Position numbers and translations under genes: made by a program. DNA of 64,000 nt. Source: Pseudomonadota bacterium (GTDB lineage Bacteria; Pseudomonadota; Gammaproteobacteria; JAKAQQ01). A model generated the notes under the pieces. It saw only the letters and a list, made by a program, of their open reading frames with translations. It made no database searches and had not been told where the DNA came from. The stretch spans positions 192,001-256,000 of the forward strand of contig DAHVLZ010000009.1 of the NCBI GenBank assembly GCA_027320085.1, given 5' to 3'. Of this stretch, positions 50,830 to 60,770 are shown in pieces (the first letter of the stretch is position 1; each line of letters starts with the position of its first letter).

Positions 50830-51561
50830 ATGAACACACTCCTCTGCCCATCCCGTAATGAACGCCTGATCGTAGCGCTGGATGTCAGTGACCACCGCCA
50901 AGCCCAGCAATTGGTTGAACTCCTGGGTGAGGCAGTTTCGGTGTACAAAATCGGCCTTGAACTTTTGATGAGCGGTGACTATTTTGAGCTTGTGAAATGG
51001 TTGCAAAATCGTGGCAAAAGGATTTTTGCCGACATTAAGTTCTTTGACGTTCCAGCCACCGTCGCCCGTGCTGTTCGCAACCTTTCCCGGTGGGGCGTGG
51101 ACTTTGCAACCGTCCATGGAAATCAAGCCATGATGGAGGCAGCCAACCAAGAGAAAGGAAGTATGCGCCTTCTGGCAGTAACCGCACTTACTAGTCTAGA
51201 TCAGCACGACCTTCAGGACCTTGGCTTCTCGTGCAATCCTGAGGAACTGGTTCTCTCGCGCACCCGTCGGGCCATTGAAGCCGGACTCGATGGTGTGATC
51301 TGTTCCGGCCTAGAAACACACACCTTGCGCCGAGTACTGGGATCACACTTTCTGATCGCCACGCCAGGCATCCGGCCGGTAGTTAATAAGGCTCCAGATG
51401 ATCAGAAACGTGTTTCTACAGCGCGGGAAGCACTGGCTGCGGGCGCTGATTATGTGGTCGTTGGACGCCCAGTTAGAGACGCAATTGATCCGCGACGGGT
51501 CGCGGAAGATCTTCAGCAAGAGATTCGGGATTTTTTGAATGACGCCAAACCAAGATCTTGA
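50830..51561 (+). CDS. pyrF: Orotidine-5'-phosphate decarboxylase
   Basis: LIVALD, DIKFFDVPATV, TPGIR, DDQKR, VVGR. Confidence 0.95.
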   Translation: MNTLLCPSRNERLIVALDVSDHRQAQQLVELLGEAVSVYKIGLELLMSGDYFELVKWLQNRGKRIFADIKFFDVPATVARAVRNLSRWGVDFATVHGNQAMMEAANQEKGSMRLLAVTALTSLDQHDLQDLGFSCNPEELVLSRTRRAIEAGLDGVICSGLETHTLRRVLGSHFLIATPGIRPVVNKAPDDQKRVSTAREALAAGADYVVVGRPVRDAIDPRRVAEDLQQEIRDFLNDAKPRS

Positions 51562-52609
51562 TGTCACACGGTTGGCCCTAGCCGGGAAATCGACACCTCA
51601 TCGTCCCATCTGGCTAATGCGCCAAGCCGGCCGCTATCTGCCGGAATACCGAGAAATACGGAGCCGGGCCGGAAATTTTCTCACCCTGCTAAAAACCCCT
51701 GAACTTGCTGCCACAGTCACTCTTCAGCCCCTTGTCCGCTATGACCTTGATGCAGCCATCCTCTTTTCCGATATCCTGACCATACCCGATGCTCTGGGGT
51801 TGGGACTGGATTTTACACCCGGCGAAGGACCCCACTTCCATCATCCGATCGAACAACCGATTGATCTGGATCGTCTTGATCGCACTTTCCCGGATGCCAG
51901 CCTGGATTATGTTCTGGCAACCATCGAACAGATCAGAAGAGTACTCCCAGCCAACAAGCCTTTGATCGGATTCTCAGGTAGCCCATGGACTTTGGCGTGT
52001 TACATGATTGGGAATGGGCGAGCCCATGATTTCAGCGACGCTTGTCGCTGGCTTTACTCTTGTCCAGAGACCCTTCAAGAACTTCTGTCGCTGCTCACGG
52101 AACACATTGCACATCATCTCATCCATCAGATCGAGGCAGGAGTCGATATCGTAATGCTCTTCGACAGCTGGGGTGGTCTCCTGCCCGCTTCCCGGTATCG
52201 GGAGTTCAGCCTCAAACCGGCAACCGGTGTGCTTGAGCGTGTCGAGGCCCGCCATCCAGGGACTTTTTCCATCTTCTTCGCCCGAGGCGCCGGAAGCCGC
52301 CTCGAATGCCTAAGCGAGGTCCCCGCCCGTTGCCTGGGATTGGACAGCACCATCTCACTCAGTCACGCCCGCACTCTTTTATCCTCCTCCCATGCCCTCC
52401 AGGGCAACCTGGACCCTGCAGTCCTCTATGGTTCAACCACAAACATCCACCAAGAAGTTTGCCGGATGCTCGATGAAATGGAGGGAGAACCGGGATACAT
52501 TTTCAACCTAGGACATGGGATTCCGCAGGATGTCGATTGCGAAAAGGTGCGTTTTTTGATCGACACTGTCCATGAGCAATCCCGCGAAAGATCAAAACAC
52601 GGTCGCTGA
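51539..52609 (+). CDS. hemE: Uroporphyrinogen decarboxylase
   Basis: WLMRQAGRYLPEY, AAILFSDIL, LQGNLDP, IFNLGHG. Confidence 0.97.
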   Translation: MTPNQDLDVTRLALAGKSTPHRPIWLMRQAGRYLPEYREIRSRAGNFLTLLKTPELAATVTLQPLVRYDLDAAILFSDILTIPDALGLGLDFTPGEGPHFHHPIEQPIDLDRLDRTFPDASLDYVLATIEQIRRVLPANKPLIGFSGSPWTLACYMIGNGRAHDFSDACRWLYSCPETLQELLSLLTEHIAHHLIHQIEAGVDIVMLFDSWGGLLPASRYREFSLKPATGVLERVEARHPGTFSIFFARGAGSRLECLSEVPARCLGLDSTISLSHARTLLSSSHALQGNLDPAVLYGSTTNIHQEVCRMLDEMEGEPGYIFNLGHGIPQDVDCEKVRFLIDTVHEQSRERSKHGR

Positions 52610-52801
52610 CCACTCGAGAATCCGGAGTACCCAGGGGATTCGTTCCCTAACACCCCAAAAGAAAAAAACGACGAGGCCCCCCAGACCCAGCAACAGCCAG
52701 ATGGTGGCGGGACTCGCGGATGAACCCGGCGAACTCTGACCCTGACTGAGAGGATCTCCTTCTGGAGAGGACTTCGGAGATGTGGTCGAGTGGGGCTCCA
52801 C
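52592..52801 (-). CDS. Possible small single-TM hypothetical protein
   Basis: GTG 3 bp after the aroE stop; S/P-rich N-terminus and hydrophobic WLLLGLGGLVVFFFW; fills the gap exactly. Confidence 0.4.
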   Translation of the reverse strand: MEPHSTTSPKSSPEGDPLSQGQSSPGSSASPATIWLLLGLGGLVVFFFWGVRERIPWVLRILEWSATVF

Positions 52802-52803
52802 GT

Positions 52804-53652
52804 TCAGAGACTCCGTGATCTCAGCACATGATAAATCGGATCTGTGAGAGGCTTCCGCCCGGTCCACCGCTCGAAAGAGGCTGCTGCCTGCTCAACCAAC
52901 ATGCCGAGGCCGTCCAGGACTCGAGCCGCTCCTTTTTCCTGAGCCCACCGGGTGAACGGTTGACCTGCCCCCCCATACTCCAGATCGTACGCCCACGGAT
53001 GCTCCTTGAAGATGCTGGGGTCAAGGGCTGGAACTCGGCCGGAATGACCAGCTGAAGTGGCATTCACGATGAGACTCCAGCGGGTGGCAGCCAGCGAGGT
53101 TCCAAGGTCTATCACGGGAATCCGCGGGCTGCCAGTCTGGACAAAGTCCTCAACCAAGCGCGAACCCCGGGTCCGGTCACGAACAGCGAGACAGACGGTT
53201 TCACCTGCCTTAAGCAGCGCGTGGAGAATCCCTCTCGCCGCTCCTCCGGAACCCACAACCAAAACCGGATGTCCTTGACTCAGGAATCCGTGTCGTTCCG
53301 TGAGATCCGTCCAGAATCCAGTACCGTCAGTATTATCTCCTGCCCATCCGCCCTTGGTTCGAATGAGGACATTGACTGCCCGGCACCGGGCTGCCGCATC
53401 CGTCCATTCACAACACAGGCGAAACCCCGCTTCCTTGAGCGGCAAAGTCAGGTTGATTCCGGAAAAACCGGCCTCAGACCATTCAGCAAGACGCTCGGCA
53501 AGTTCTGTAAGGGAGGTTTCGGCCACTCGGTATTCCATCTGCAGATGGTGCTGCTCGGCAAATGCCTGGTGGATAGACGGCGAAAGGCTTTTTACGACCG
53601 GACGGCCCAAAAGACCCAGCCGCAAACGGGCTCCAAGCTCATATCTCACCAT
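52804..53652 (-). CDS. aroE: Shikimate dehydrogenase (start inferred, overlapping hemB end)
   Basis: SLSP.IH, NLTLPLK, GDNTDG.G, GSGGAA, NATS, DGLGMLVEQAA. Confidence 0.94.
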   Translation of the reverse strand: MVRYELGARLRLGLLGRPVVKSLSPSIHQAFAEQHHLQMEYRVAETSLTELAERLAEWSEAGFSGINLTLPLKEAGFRLCCEWTDAAARCRAVNVLIRTKGGWAGDNTDGTGFWTDLTERHGFLSQGHPVLVVGSGGAARGILHALLKAGETVCLAVRDRTRGSRLVEDFVQTGSPRIPVIDLGTSLAATRWSLIVNATSAGHSGRVPALDPSIFKEHPWAYDLEYGGAGQPFTRWAQEKGAARVLDGLGMLVEQAAASFERWTGRKPLTDPIYHVLRSRSL

Positions 53653-54730
53653 AATCCCGTGCCAGCCATGTCGCCACTCGCGGCGCAAAATAGGTGAGGA
53701 TTGCATTGGCACCTGCCCGTCTGATACACAGCAACGACTCCAGAATTGCCAATCGTTCGGGCACCCATCCCTTTTCGATTGCTGCCATAAGTAACGAATA
53801 TTCACCACTCACCTGATAGGCTAAGGTCGGGAAAGAAAATCGGTTTCGAACTTCCCGAATGATGTCGAGATAGGGGAGTGCCGGTTTGATCATGACGTAA
53901 TCCGCGCCTTCCGCGATGTCGAGTGCCACTTCCCGCAGTGCTTCCTCCCGGTTTGCCGGATCCAACTGGTAGGTTTTCTTGTCAGCCCGTCCCAAGGCAC
54001 GAGCACTGCCGATTGCTTCCCTGAACGGCCCGTAAAAACAGGACGCGTACTTGGCCGCATAGGCTAGAATCTGGATCTCACTCTTTCCCGCTTCCTCCAA
54101 GGCCATCCGGATCGCACCAATTCTGCCATCCATCATGTCTGAAGGAGCCACGATATCTATTCCACACCCGGCCAGACAGAGGGACTGACGGACCAAAGCT
54201 TCCACCGTCTCGTCATTGAGAATCCGTCCCTGCTCATCGACGATCCCGTCCTGTCCTGAGGGATGGTAGGGATCCAGTGCAACATCGGCGATAATACCGA
54301 GGTCCGGCAGTCGTTTCTTGAGCGCGCAAATCGCACGGGGGATCAAACCATCAGGATTCCAAGCTTCTCGTCCGTCGGGCTTTTTCAGTTCGGTCTCGAT
54401 ACAGGGGAAAAGGGCAATGGCACGAATTCCAGACTCAAACCATCCATCCGCCTCTTGCAGAAGTTCATCGATGCTCAAGCGTTCGATTCCGGGTAGGCTT
54501 GGGATGGGAATCCGTTGATGTGTCCCTTCCACAACAAAAGCCGGATAGATCAAATGCCCCGCTTCGAGCCTAGTCTCGCGAACCAACATCCGGGAAAAGG
54601 ACCGATTGCGCGTCCGCCTCAGACGGGTTCTTGGGAATCCGGCGTCTGATTTGGGAACGCCGCGTGAAGAAGGAGGGACCGTCTCAGCCATAGACCAGAG
54701 ACTCTTTGGATCTGGGGATATTTTAACCAT
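53639..54730 (-). CDS. hemB: Porphobilinogen synthase
   Basis: DVALDPY, APSDMMDGR, KYAS.FYGPFR, MIKP, AYQVSGEY. Confidence 0.97.
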   Translation of the reverse strand: MVKISPDPKSLWSMAETVPPSSRGVPKSDAGFPRTRLRRTRNRSFSRMLVRETRLEAGHLIYPAFVVEGTHQRIPIPSLPGIERLSIDELLQEADGWFESGIRAIALFPCIETELKKPDGREAWNPDGLIPRAICALKKRLPDLGIIADVALDPYHPSGQDGIVDEQGRILNDETVEALVRQSLCLAGCGIDIVAPSDMMDGRIGAIRMALEEAGKSEIQILAYAAKYASCFYGPFREAIGSARALGRADKKTYQLDPANREEALREVALDIAEGADYVMIKPALPYLDIIREVRNRFSFPTLAYQVSGEYSLLMAAIEKGWVPERLAILESLLCIRRAGANAILTYFAPRVATWLARDYGEI

Positions 54731-54991
54731 TTCACGGCGTCAGGCGATGTACCTTCCTAGCAGGGCATTGCCCGACCCCCCACCCATAACCCTGAGTCCC
54801 CGACCCTTGCTGTACATGATTAAGGAAATGGAAACCAGCAAAGTCAGCTTGCTGAGCTTGCGGGGCGTTTAAACACAAAAAATCTGTTAGCATGATCATC
54901 CGGCAGCTCTGTTGGTGTTGCCGGTTTGGGGGTAGATCACCACCCCTTTAATCTATTAGCTATACCCTCATCTGATCAGTGCCCCAAACCG

Positions 54992-55492
54992 ATGCTCGCC
55001 AAATTTCCGACCAGATTACTGCCTTTTATCGTCATTCTCGTAGCCACTCTTCAGCCGGCCTTGGCCCAAAACCATTTTCTTGTCGGCATCAACGGAGGGG
55101 AATCCTATGCATTCCGCGGCAGCAGCATTAGTTTTGGAGCCTCCTTGGGATACCGGATCCGGCGAGAGTTCGAGCTTGCGCTTAACTATTCCTCGATCCC
55201 ACACTATGAGATGACGATCGCAAGCCTGTCGGCCATAGGGCGATACCCGTTAGGCTCCCGGATCCATATCCTCGGACGGGTCGGAATTGCAAATTGGTAT
55301 GAGAGTCCTCTTGGAACCCAAGCGTCCGTGGTTTCTTCCGGGGTGGATCCGCTGGTAGGTGCCGGAGTATCTTTTCGGGTGGACCGAAGGATCAGTACAC
55401 GTATCCAGTATTTTTGGATATTCGCATCAAGCCACTCCGGACTGGGCGGAAATTTCCGGGGCTTTGGATTGAGCGCAATCTATCATTTCTAG
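54992..55492 (+). CDS. Small outer-membrane beta-barrel protein (OmpA-TM-like)
   Basis: Signal peptide ending ALA, amphipathic strands, C-terminal YHF. Confidence 0.75.
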   Translation: MLAKFPTRLLPFIVILVATLQPALAQNHFLVGINGGESYAFRGSSISFGASLGYRIRREFELALNYSSIPHYEMTIASLSAIGRYPLGSRIHILGRVGIANWYESPLGTQASVVSSGVDPLVGAGVSFRVDRRISTRIQYFWIFASSHSGLGGNFRGFGLSAIYHF

Positions 55493-55582
55493 GCAGTCTG
55501 GTCTACTTACCCTCTAGCGGATGGTTTCACTTCCGACCGGAGGAGGTGGGATAAAGATAACCCACTATGCGAGACTTTTTCT

Positions 55583-56284
55583 TTGGAAAGAACCGCTACA
55601 AAAATATCCGCCCATACTGGAAAGCAATCGAATCAATCCAATCAGGCCATTGTGCGTTGTCCTTGGCCTGGCATTGAGGTACCTCTTTACCGGGACTACC
55701 ACGATGAAGAATGGGGAACACCCGTCTATGATGATGACCAGCGCTTGTTTGAAATGCTGATCCTCGAATCACAGCAGGCGGGCTTATCATGGCTCACCAT
55801 ACTCAAGCGACGTGAAGCCTACCGATCCCGCCTGCGTGGATTCAATCCGGAGTATCTGGCCTCACTTGATGAGAGGAGGCTCGACCGTCTGGCCGCAGAC
55901 GGTCAGTTACTTCGGCACCCGGGAAAACTCCTATCCCTTCGCCTCAACGCAAGGGCTTTTCTTGAGCTTAGTGCCCGGATAGGAAGTTTTTCCAAGTTTT
56001 TATGGTCACACTTCGACTTTCGGGTTCATACCCATCACTACGAACATCTGAAGGAAGTTCCAACAGAAACCCCCCAGTCTCGGGAGTTGGCTCGCGAGCT
56101 CAAGGGGCACGGGTTCCGGTTTGTGGGCCCCATCATGATTCAATCTTATCTTGAAGCTATCGGAATCTTCAACGATCACTTGGTCTCCTGCTTCCGCCAC
56201 GCGATGCTGAGTCCAGGATCCAGCCAGTCCCGTGGTTTCAGAAAAAAATCCCTCAGCCACCTTTCCGGCTCCCGATCATCGTAG
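55583..56284 (+). CDS. tag: DNA-3-methyladenine glycosylase I (start may be GTG 55652)
   Basis: RCPW, YHDEEWG, QAGLSW.TIL, GFRFVG, NDH...C. Confidence 0.94.
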   Translation: MERTATKISAHTGKQSNQSNQAIVRCPWPGIEVPLYRDYHDEEWGTPVYDDDQRLFEMLILESQQAGLSWLTILKRREAYRSRLRGFNPEYLASLDERRLDRLAADGQLLRHPGKLLSLRLNARAFLELSARIGSFSKFLWSHFDFRVHTHHYEHLKEVPTETPQSRELARELKGHGFRFVGPIMIQSYLEAIGIFNDHLVSCFRHAMLSPGSSQSRGFRKKSLSHLSGSRSS

Positions 56285-57126
56285 CAGGCGAGATCACGCC
56301 AGCCCGCGAATGGAGGCAGTGACATGAGAATGGAATCGACCCGTCCGTTCGACTGGAGCCCAAACAGAGTTCCTCGGTCGTAGAGCAGATTGAATTCCAC
56401 ATAGCGGCCACGGCGCAACAGCTGGAACTCCCGTTCCCGTTCGCTCCAGGGTTCATGCCGACGGGCGGCGAAAATCGGCAAGTAAGCATCCAGAAAACCC
56501 TGCCCCACAGTCGAAGCAAACCGGAGTGTCGTTGCAAAATCAGTGAGTTGGAGGTTATCGAAAAAGATCCCGCCGATGCCACGTGACTCTCTACGATGCT
56601 TGAGGTAGAAGTACTGGTCACAGTCAGCTTTGAACCGTGGATACAGTTCCTCACCGAAGGGACGGCAGAGATCGGCCGCCGTGCGGTGCCAATGAATACA
56701 GTCTTCAAGACGCGGGTAAAAGGGCGTCAGATCAAACCCACCCCCAAACCAGAAATGGGAGGGGATATCCCCATGACCTTCGGTCTCGATGTAGCGGACG
56801 TTTGCGTGAGAGGTAGGAACATGCGGATTGCGGGGGTGGACCACAACAGATACCCCGATGGCTTGGAACCGGGTTCCTGCGAGATGCGAGCGGTTCTCAA
56901 GAGCAGCTGGGGGAAGAGCCAAACCCTCAACATGGGAAAAATTCACACCCGCTTTCTCAAAACATTCCCCGTCGATCAGCAACCGGGACACACCCTTCCC
57001 ACCCTCTTCATGGGACCAAGAGTGCGCCTCAAAATGCTCTCCGGCCGCAACCGTCTCAAAGGCTTGGACGATTTTTGTACCCAAAGCTTCGAAACATTCA
57101 TGAACCTCGGCAGATTGCTGACTCAT
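56176..57126 (-). CDS. hemF: Oxygen-dependent coproporphyrinogen III oxidase
   Basis: FEKAGVNFS, HPRNPHVPTSHANVR, WFGGGFDLTP, RRGRYVEFNL. Confidence 0.97.
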   Translation of the reverse strand: MSQQSAEVHECFEALGTKIVQAFETVAAGEHFEAHSWSHEEGGKGVSRLLIDGECFEKAGVNFSHVEGLALPPAALENRSHLAGTRFQAIGVSVVVHPRNPHVPTSHANVRYIETEGHGDIPSHFWFGGGFDLTPFYPRLEDCIHWHRTAADLCRPFGEELYPRFKADCDQYFYLKHRRESRGIGGIFFDNLQLTDFATTLRFASTVGQGFLDAYLPIFAARRHEPWSEREREFQLLRRGRYVEFNLLYDRGTLFGLQSNGRVDSILMSLPPFAGWRDLACYDDREPERWLRDFFLKPRDWLDPGLSIAWRKQETK

Positions 57127-57716
57127 CGGGTCCGTCCACCCGTTCGGATCACCCGCCCGGTCAGTGCGTCCCGAATTTCAGTCGGACCCTCCAGCATCCC
57201 AAGCACTCCTTCAACGATCCCGTCGAGACCGGAGAAAAAGTGGCCTTGGATTGCCTGGGCAGTTCTCAGGGGTTCCTGACCACTAGGATTGGCACTGGTT
57301 GACACAATCGGCATCGAGGCTGCCTGGGATAGAGCAGACGCCACAGGATGGCTGGTGACCCGGACAGCGACTGTATCGTGAGATCCCCGGATCCACGCCG
57401 GAAGCTCCGGATGAGCCGGCATGAGCCATGTGACAGGACCAGGCCAAGTCCCAAGCACTTGGGACCGCAGTTCCGGGTTCAATGGTTCGACCCACGGTTC
57501 GACCATGGAAAAATCTGAGGCCAAAAGAATCAATCCCTTTTCTGTAGATCGCCCTTTCAGTTTGAGAATCCGCTCCACCGCTGACCACTGAAAAGGGTCA
57601 CAACCCAACCCGAATACGCCTTCCGTAGGATAGGCCACAACTCCACCCTGGCGGATTATCCGCGCTCCTTCTTCAATACTCAAAAGACCTTTTCGTTCAA
57701 CAGTCATAGGGCCCAT
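57123..57716 (-). CDS. tsaC: Threonylcarbamoyl-AMP synthase
   Basis: AYPTE.VFGLGC, LKGR...KGLIL, WPGP.T, STSAN. Confidence 0.95.
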   Translation of the reverse strand: MGPMTVERKGLLSIEEGARIIRQGGVVAYPTEGVFGLGCDPFQWSAVERILKLKGRSTEKGLILLASDFSMVEPWVEPLNPELRSQVLGTWPGPVTWLMPAHPELPAWIRGSHDTVAVRVTSHPVASALSQAASMPIVSTSANPSGQEPLRTAQAIQGHFFSGLDGIVEGVLGMLEGPTEIRDALTGRVIRTGGRTR

Positions 57717-57735
57717 GAGTACTGGCCAACTGCAA

Positions 57736-60150
57736 TTAGGAAGAAGATGCCGGACGGACAGGTTTTCGTTTTGTTTGCGATATTTTTTTCTCGGTAGGCT
57801 GAGAAGATCCCTCTCTTGAATCTTTCTCCAGTTTCGGTTTTTTCCGCCCGTACCGGGCTGCCCGCCTCAGAGGCGCCTGCTCCAGAAGTTTCTGACATTC
57901 CTCAAGGCCAAGTTGGTCGGCCTGCTGGTCCTTCGGCACCCGGGCATTACGGGTCCCATCAGTGACATAAGGACCGTAGCGGCCATTCAGGATTTCAATT
58001 CCACCCTCGTACTTCCGAATCACCCGTTGTGCTAACCGGAGCCGGTCTTCTGCAATAAGCTCTATGGCCTGCTCATAACTGACAGTCATGGGATCGCGTT
58101 CCTTAAGGGAGATGTAATGGTCGCCGTACCGGAGATACGGGCCAAAACGTCCGAGACCTACACGGATGGTTTCCCCTTCGTTCGTTTTCCCGAGTTCCCG
58201 TGGAAGCTCGAACAACTTGAGCGCCTCTTCAAGCGTCAGCGTCTCGATCCGCTGGCCTGGACGCAAACCTGCAAAACGCGGTTTATCCTCATCGTCCCGA
58301 CTGCCAATTTGCACAAATGGACCAAAGCGCCCCATGCGTGCTGTCACAGGTTTCGCGGTGACTGGATCCATCCCAAGCTCACGGGCCTGAACTGCCTGGG
58401 CACGCGTTACATTGGATGAAACCACCTCGATGTTTTTTACAAAAGGCTCCCAAAACTGGTCCAACAAGTCTGTCCATTCTTTTTCACCACGAGAGATCTC
58501 ATCCAGCTCATCTTCCATCTGTGCAGTAAACCCGTAGTCGACATAGCGTGAGAAATGCTCCGTCAAAAAGCGGTTCACGATCCGTCCGATTTCGGTCGGG
58601 GTAAAGCGACGGTTCTGGTTTTCGACGTAACCGCGCTGTCGCAATGTTTCGATAATCCACGCATAAGTTGATGGGCGCCCGATACCATACTCTTCAAGCG
58701 TCTTGACCAGTGAAGCTTCGTTATAGCGCGGGGGTGGTTCGGTGAAATGCTGAAGCGTTTTGAGCTCGGCCATTGGCAGATTTTCGCCCACCTCAAGCTC
58801 GGGAAGACGGGTTCCTTCTTCTCCCGCTTGTCCTTCCTCCATAGTTTCCTGGTAAACCTGCATGAAACCCGGGAACCTGACCGTCGATCCGGTTGCCCTG
58901 AAGATACCCCGTTGGCCGGCGTCCAGCTCTACTTGGATATTTTCCAGAATGGCCGGCAACATCTGGGAGGCCATAGTCCTCCGCCAGATCAATTCATACA
59001 CATGCATCTGGTCCCGGTTTAGATGAGCCCGGATGGATTCCGGGGCTCGGACAACCGAGGTTGGACGGATAGCTTCGTGCGCTTCCTGGGCATTCTTGGT
59101 CGTCGTCTTGTAGGTTCGCGGGGTTTCGGGAAGCACCGAGGCTGAAAATCGCGACCGGATACATTCCCGAATCTCACCGATAGCCTCCGCAGACAATTGA
59201 ACCGAATCGGTCCTCATATAGGTAATCAGCCCGACAGACCCTTCGCCCAGGTCAACTCCCTCGTAAAGTTGCTGGGCGATCTGCATCGTCCTCCGAGCCG
59301 AAAGTCCGTAGCGGCGCGCGGATTCCTGCTGCAGGGTAGAAGTCGTAAACGGTGGAGCCGGCTGTCGTCTCCGTTCCTTGGCTTCTCGCGTCAGAACGGT
59401 CAGGGAACCTTGAGATGCTTCCCATAACGAGGCTCGGACACGTTCGGTCTCTTCGGCATTCGGCAGATCGTAGGGACCGAGTTTCCGGCCCTCGAACTGC
59501 ACTAGACGGGCCAAGAACGGCTTGCCGTTTTTTTCAAGGGGAGCTTCAATTGACCAGTATTCACGGGGTTCAAACCGCTCAATTTCTTCTTCGCGTTCCA
59601 CGATAAGCCGCAAGGCCGGACTTTGTACTCTCCCTGCAGACAGACCCCGTTTGATTTTGCGCCAGAGAAGTGGAGAGAGATTAAATCCGACAAGATAGTC
59701 GAGTACCCGCCGGGCTCGTTGCGCATTAACGAGTTCCATCAGGAGACCTCGTGGATGCGCCAGCGCCTCGCGAATCGCAGATTCTGTAATTTCGTGGAAA
59801 ACAACCCGTTGAACCGGAATGTCGGGCAGCTTTTTCGTCTCTCCGAGCAACTGGCACAGATGCCAGGCAATCGCCTCACCTTCCCGGTCTGGATCAGTCG
59901 CCAGCCACAGGCGGTCTGTCTTTTTCAGTGCCTTTGCGATCTGGTCAACATATTTGCTATTTCTGGCGATGGGTTGATAGGTCTGGGCGAACGCGTGCTG
60001 TGTATCTACCGCCCCCGAGCGGGGGACAAGATCCCGGACGTGTCCATAGGAAGCCAAGACTTCAAAGCCCTGACCTAGGTATTTCTGAATGGTCCTGGCC
60101 TTGGTCGGTGACTCAACAACCACCAGCTGACGCATCAGGTGATCCTGCAT
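57736..60150 (-). CDS. topA: DNA topoisomerase I with C-terminal GR[FY]GP repeats
   Basis: VVVESPTKA, ATDPDREGE, SAGRVQS, ITYMRTDS, GIGRPSTYA. Confidence 0.97.
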   Translation of the reverse strand: MQDHLMRQLVVVESPTKARTIQKYLGQGFEVLASYGHVRDLVPRSGAVDTQHAFAQTYQPIARNSKYVDQIAKALKKTDRLWLATDPDREGEAIAWHLCQLLGETKKLPDIPVQRVVFHEITESAIREALAHPRGLLMELVNAQRARRVLDYLVGFNLSPLLWRKIKRGLSAGRVQSPALRLIVEREEEIERFEPREYWSIEAPLEKNGKPFLARLVQFEGRKLGPYDLPNAEETERVRASLWEASQGSLTVLTREAKERRRQPAPPFTTSTLQQESARRYGLSARRTMQIAQQLYEGVDLGEGSVGLITYMRTDSVQLSAEAIGEIRECIRSRFSASVLPETPRTYKTTTKNAQEAHEAIRPTSVVRAPESIRAHLNRDQMHVYELIWRRTMASQMLPAILENIQVELDAGQRGIFRATGSTVRFPGFMQVYQETMEEGQAGEEGTRLPELEVGENLPMAELKTLQHFTEPPPRYNEASLVKTLEEYGIGRPSTYAWIIETLRQRGYVENQNRRFTPTEIGRIVNRFLTEHFSRYVDYGFTAQMEDELDEISRGEKEWTDLLDQFWEPFVKNIEVVSSNVTRAQAVQARELGMDPVTAKPVTARMGRFGPFVQIGSRDDEDKPRFAGLRPGQRIETLTLEEALKLFELPRELGKTNEGETIRVGLGRFGPYLRYGDHYISLKERDPMTVSYEQAIELIAEDRLRLAQRVIRKYEGGIEILNGRYGPYVTDGTRNARVPKDQQADQLGLEECQKLLEQAPLRRAARYGRKKPKLEKDSREGSSQPTEKKISQTKRKPVRPASSS

Positions 60151-60167
60151 AGGAGTGCTGCGTTTCT

Positions 60168-60671
60168 TCAATGAAGAAATCCCCATTCATTCTGAAACAG
60201 GATGGTCTCGGCCCAGACCGAAGCACTCTCTGATCCACAGCGCCCACGTAGGACGTACAGAATGATCCAACGGAGATCGTTGTCGTCAAGAGGTCCCATG
60301 CCAAGCGCCGTGACTCGTTCAATCACAATCTCGCGCTGAAGCGCATTCAGGACACCCATTTCCTCGAGCATCAGGAGGAGGCCACATCCGGAAAGCCCTA
60401 ATACCTCGACCTCTTCCTGTGTATAACTCCGCTGTACCTCAACGGCAGAAGCAGATGTTTCGTTCTTCAATTCCAGAAACCCATGGGTTTCAATCTCGTC
60501 CAGTTCACCCAACCACTGCAACGCTCCTTTGGCTAGCTCTTCACTAAATCCGGCGGTTTCCAGCCCCGCGGAAACCGAATCGAGGTCTGTGAGAAGAGAC
60601 CCGCCGGTTCCGTTATCTGAAAAACGCCATTCGTACAGAAAGGCCAAGACATCCACGACCCGATCATTCAT
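60168..60671 (-). CDS. smg: Smg/DUF494 family protein
   Basis: VVDVLAFLYE, AGF....ALQWL, RE.VIER, LRWIIL; upstream of topA. Confidence 0.88.
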   Translation of the reverse strand: MNDRVVDVLAFLYEWRFSDNGTGGSLLTDLDSVSAGLETAGFSEELAKGALQWLGELDEIETHGFLELKNETSASAVEVQRSYTQEEVEVLGLSGCGLLLMLEEMGVLNALQREIVIERVTALGMGPLDDNDLRWIILYVLRGRCGSESASVWAETILFQNEWGFLH

Positions 60672-60770
60672 GAATCTACCTCTTCACGCATTGCACGGGT
60701 ACGGGAGTGCCATGGGGTATGGCACAAACCCCCGACCTCACCGTCTCCCCGATTCAAACCCCGTTTCCCA

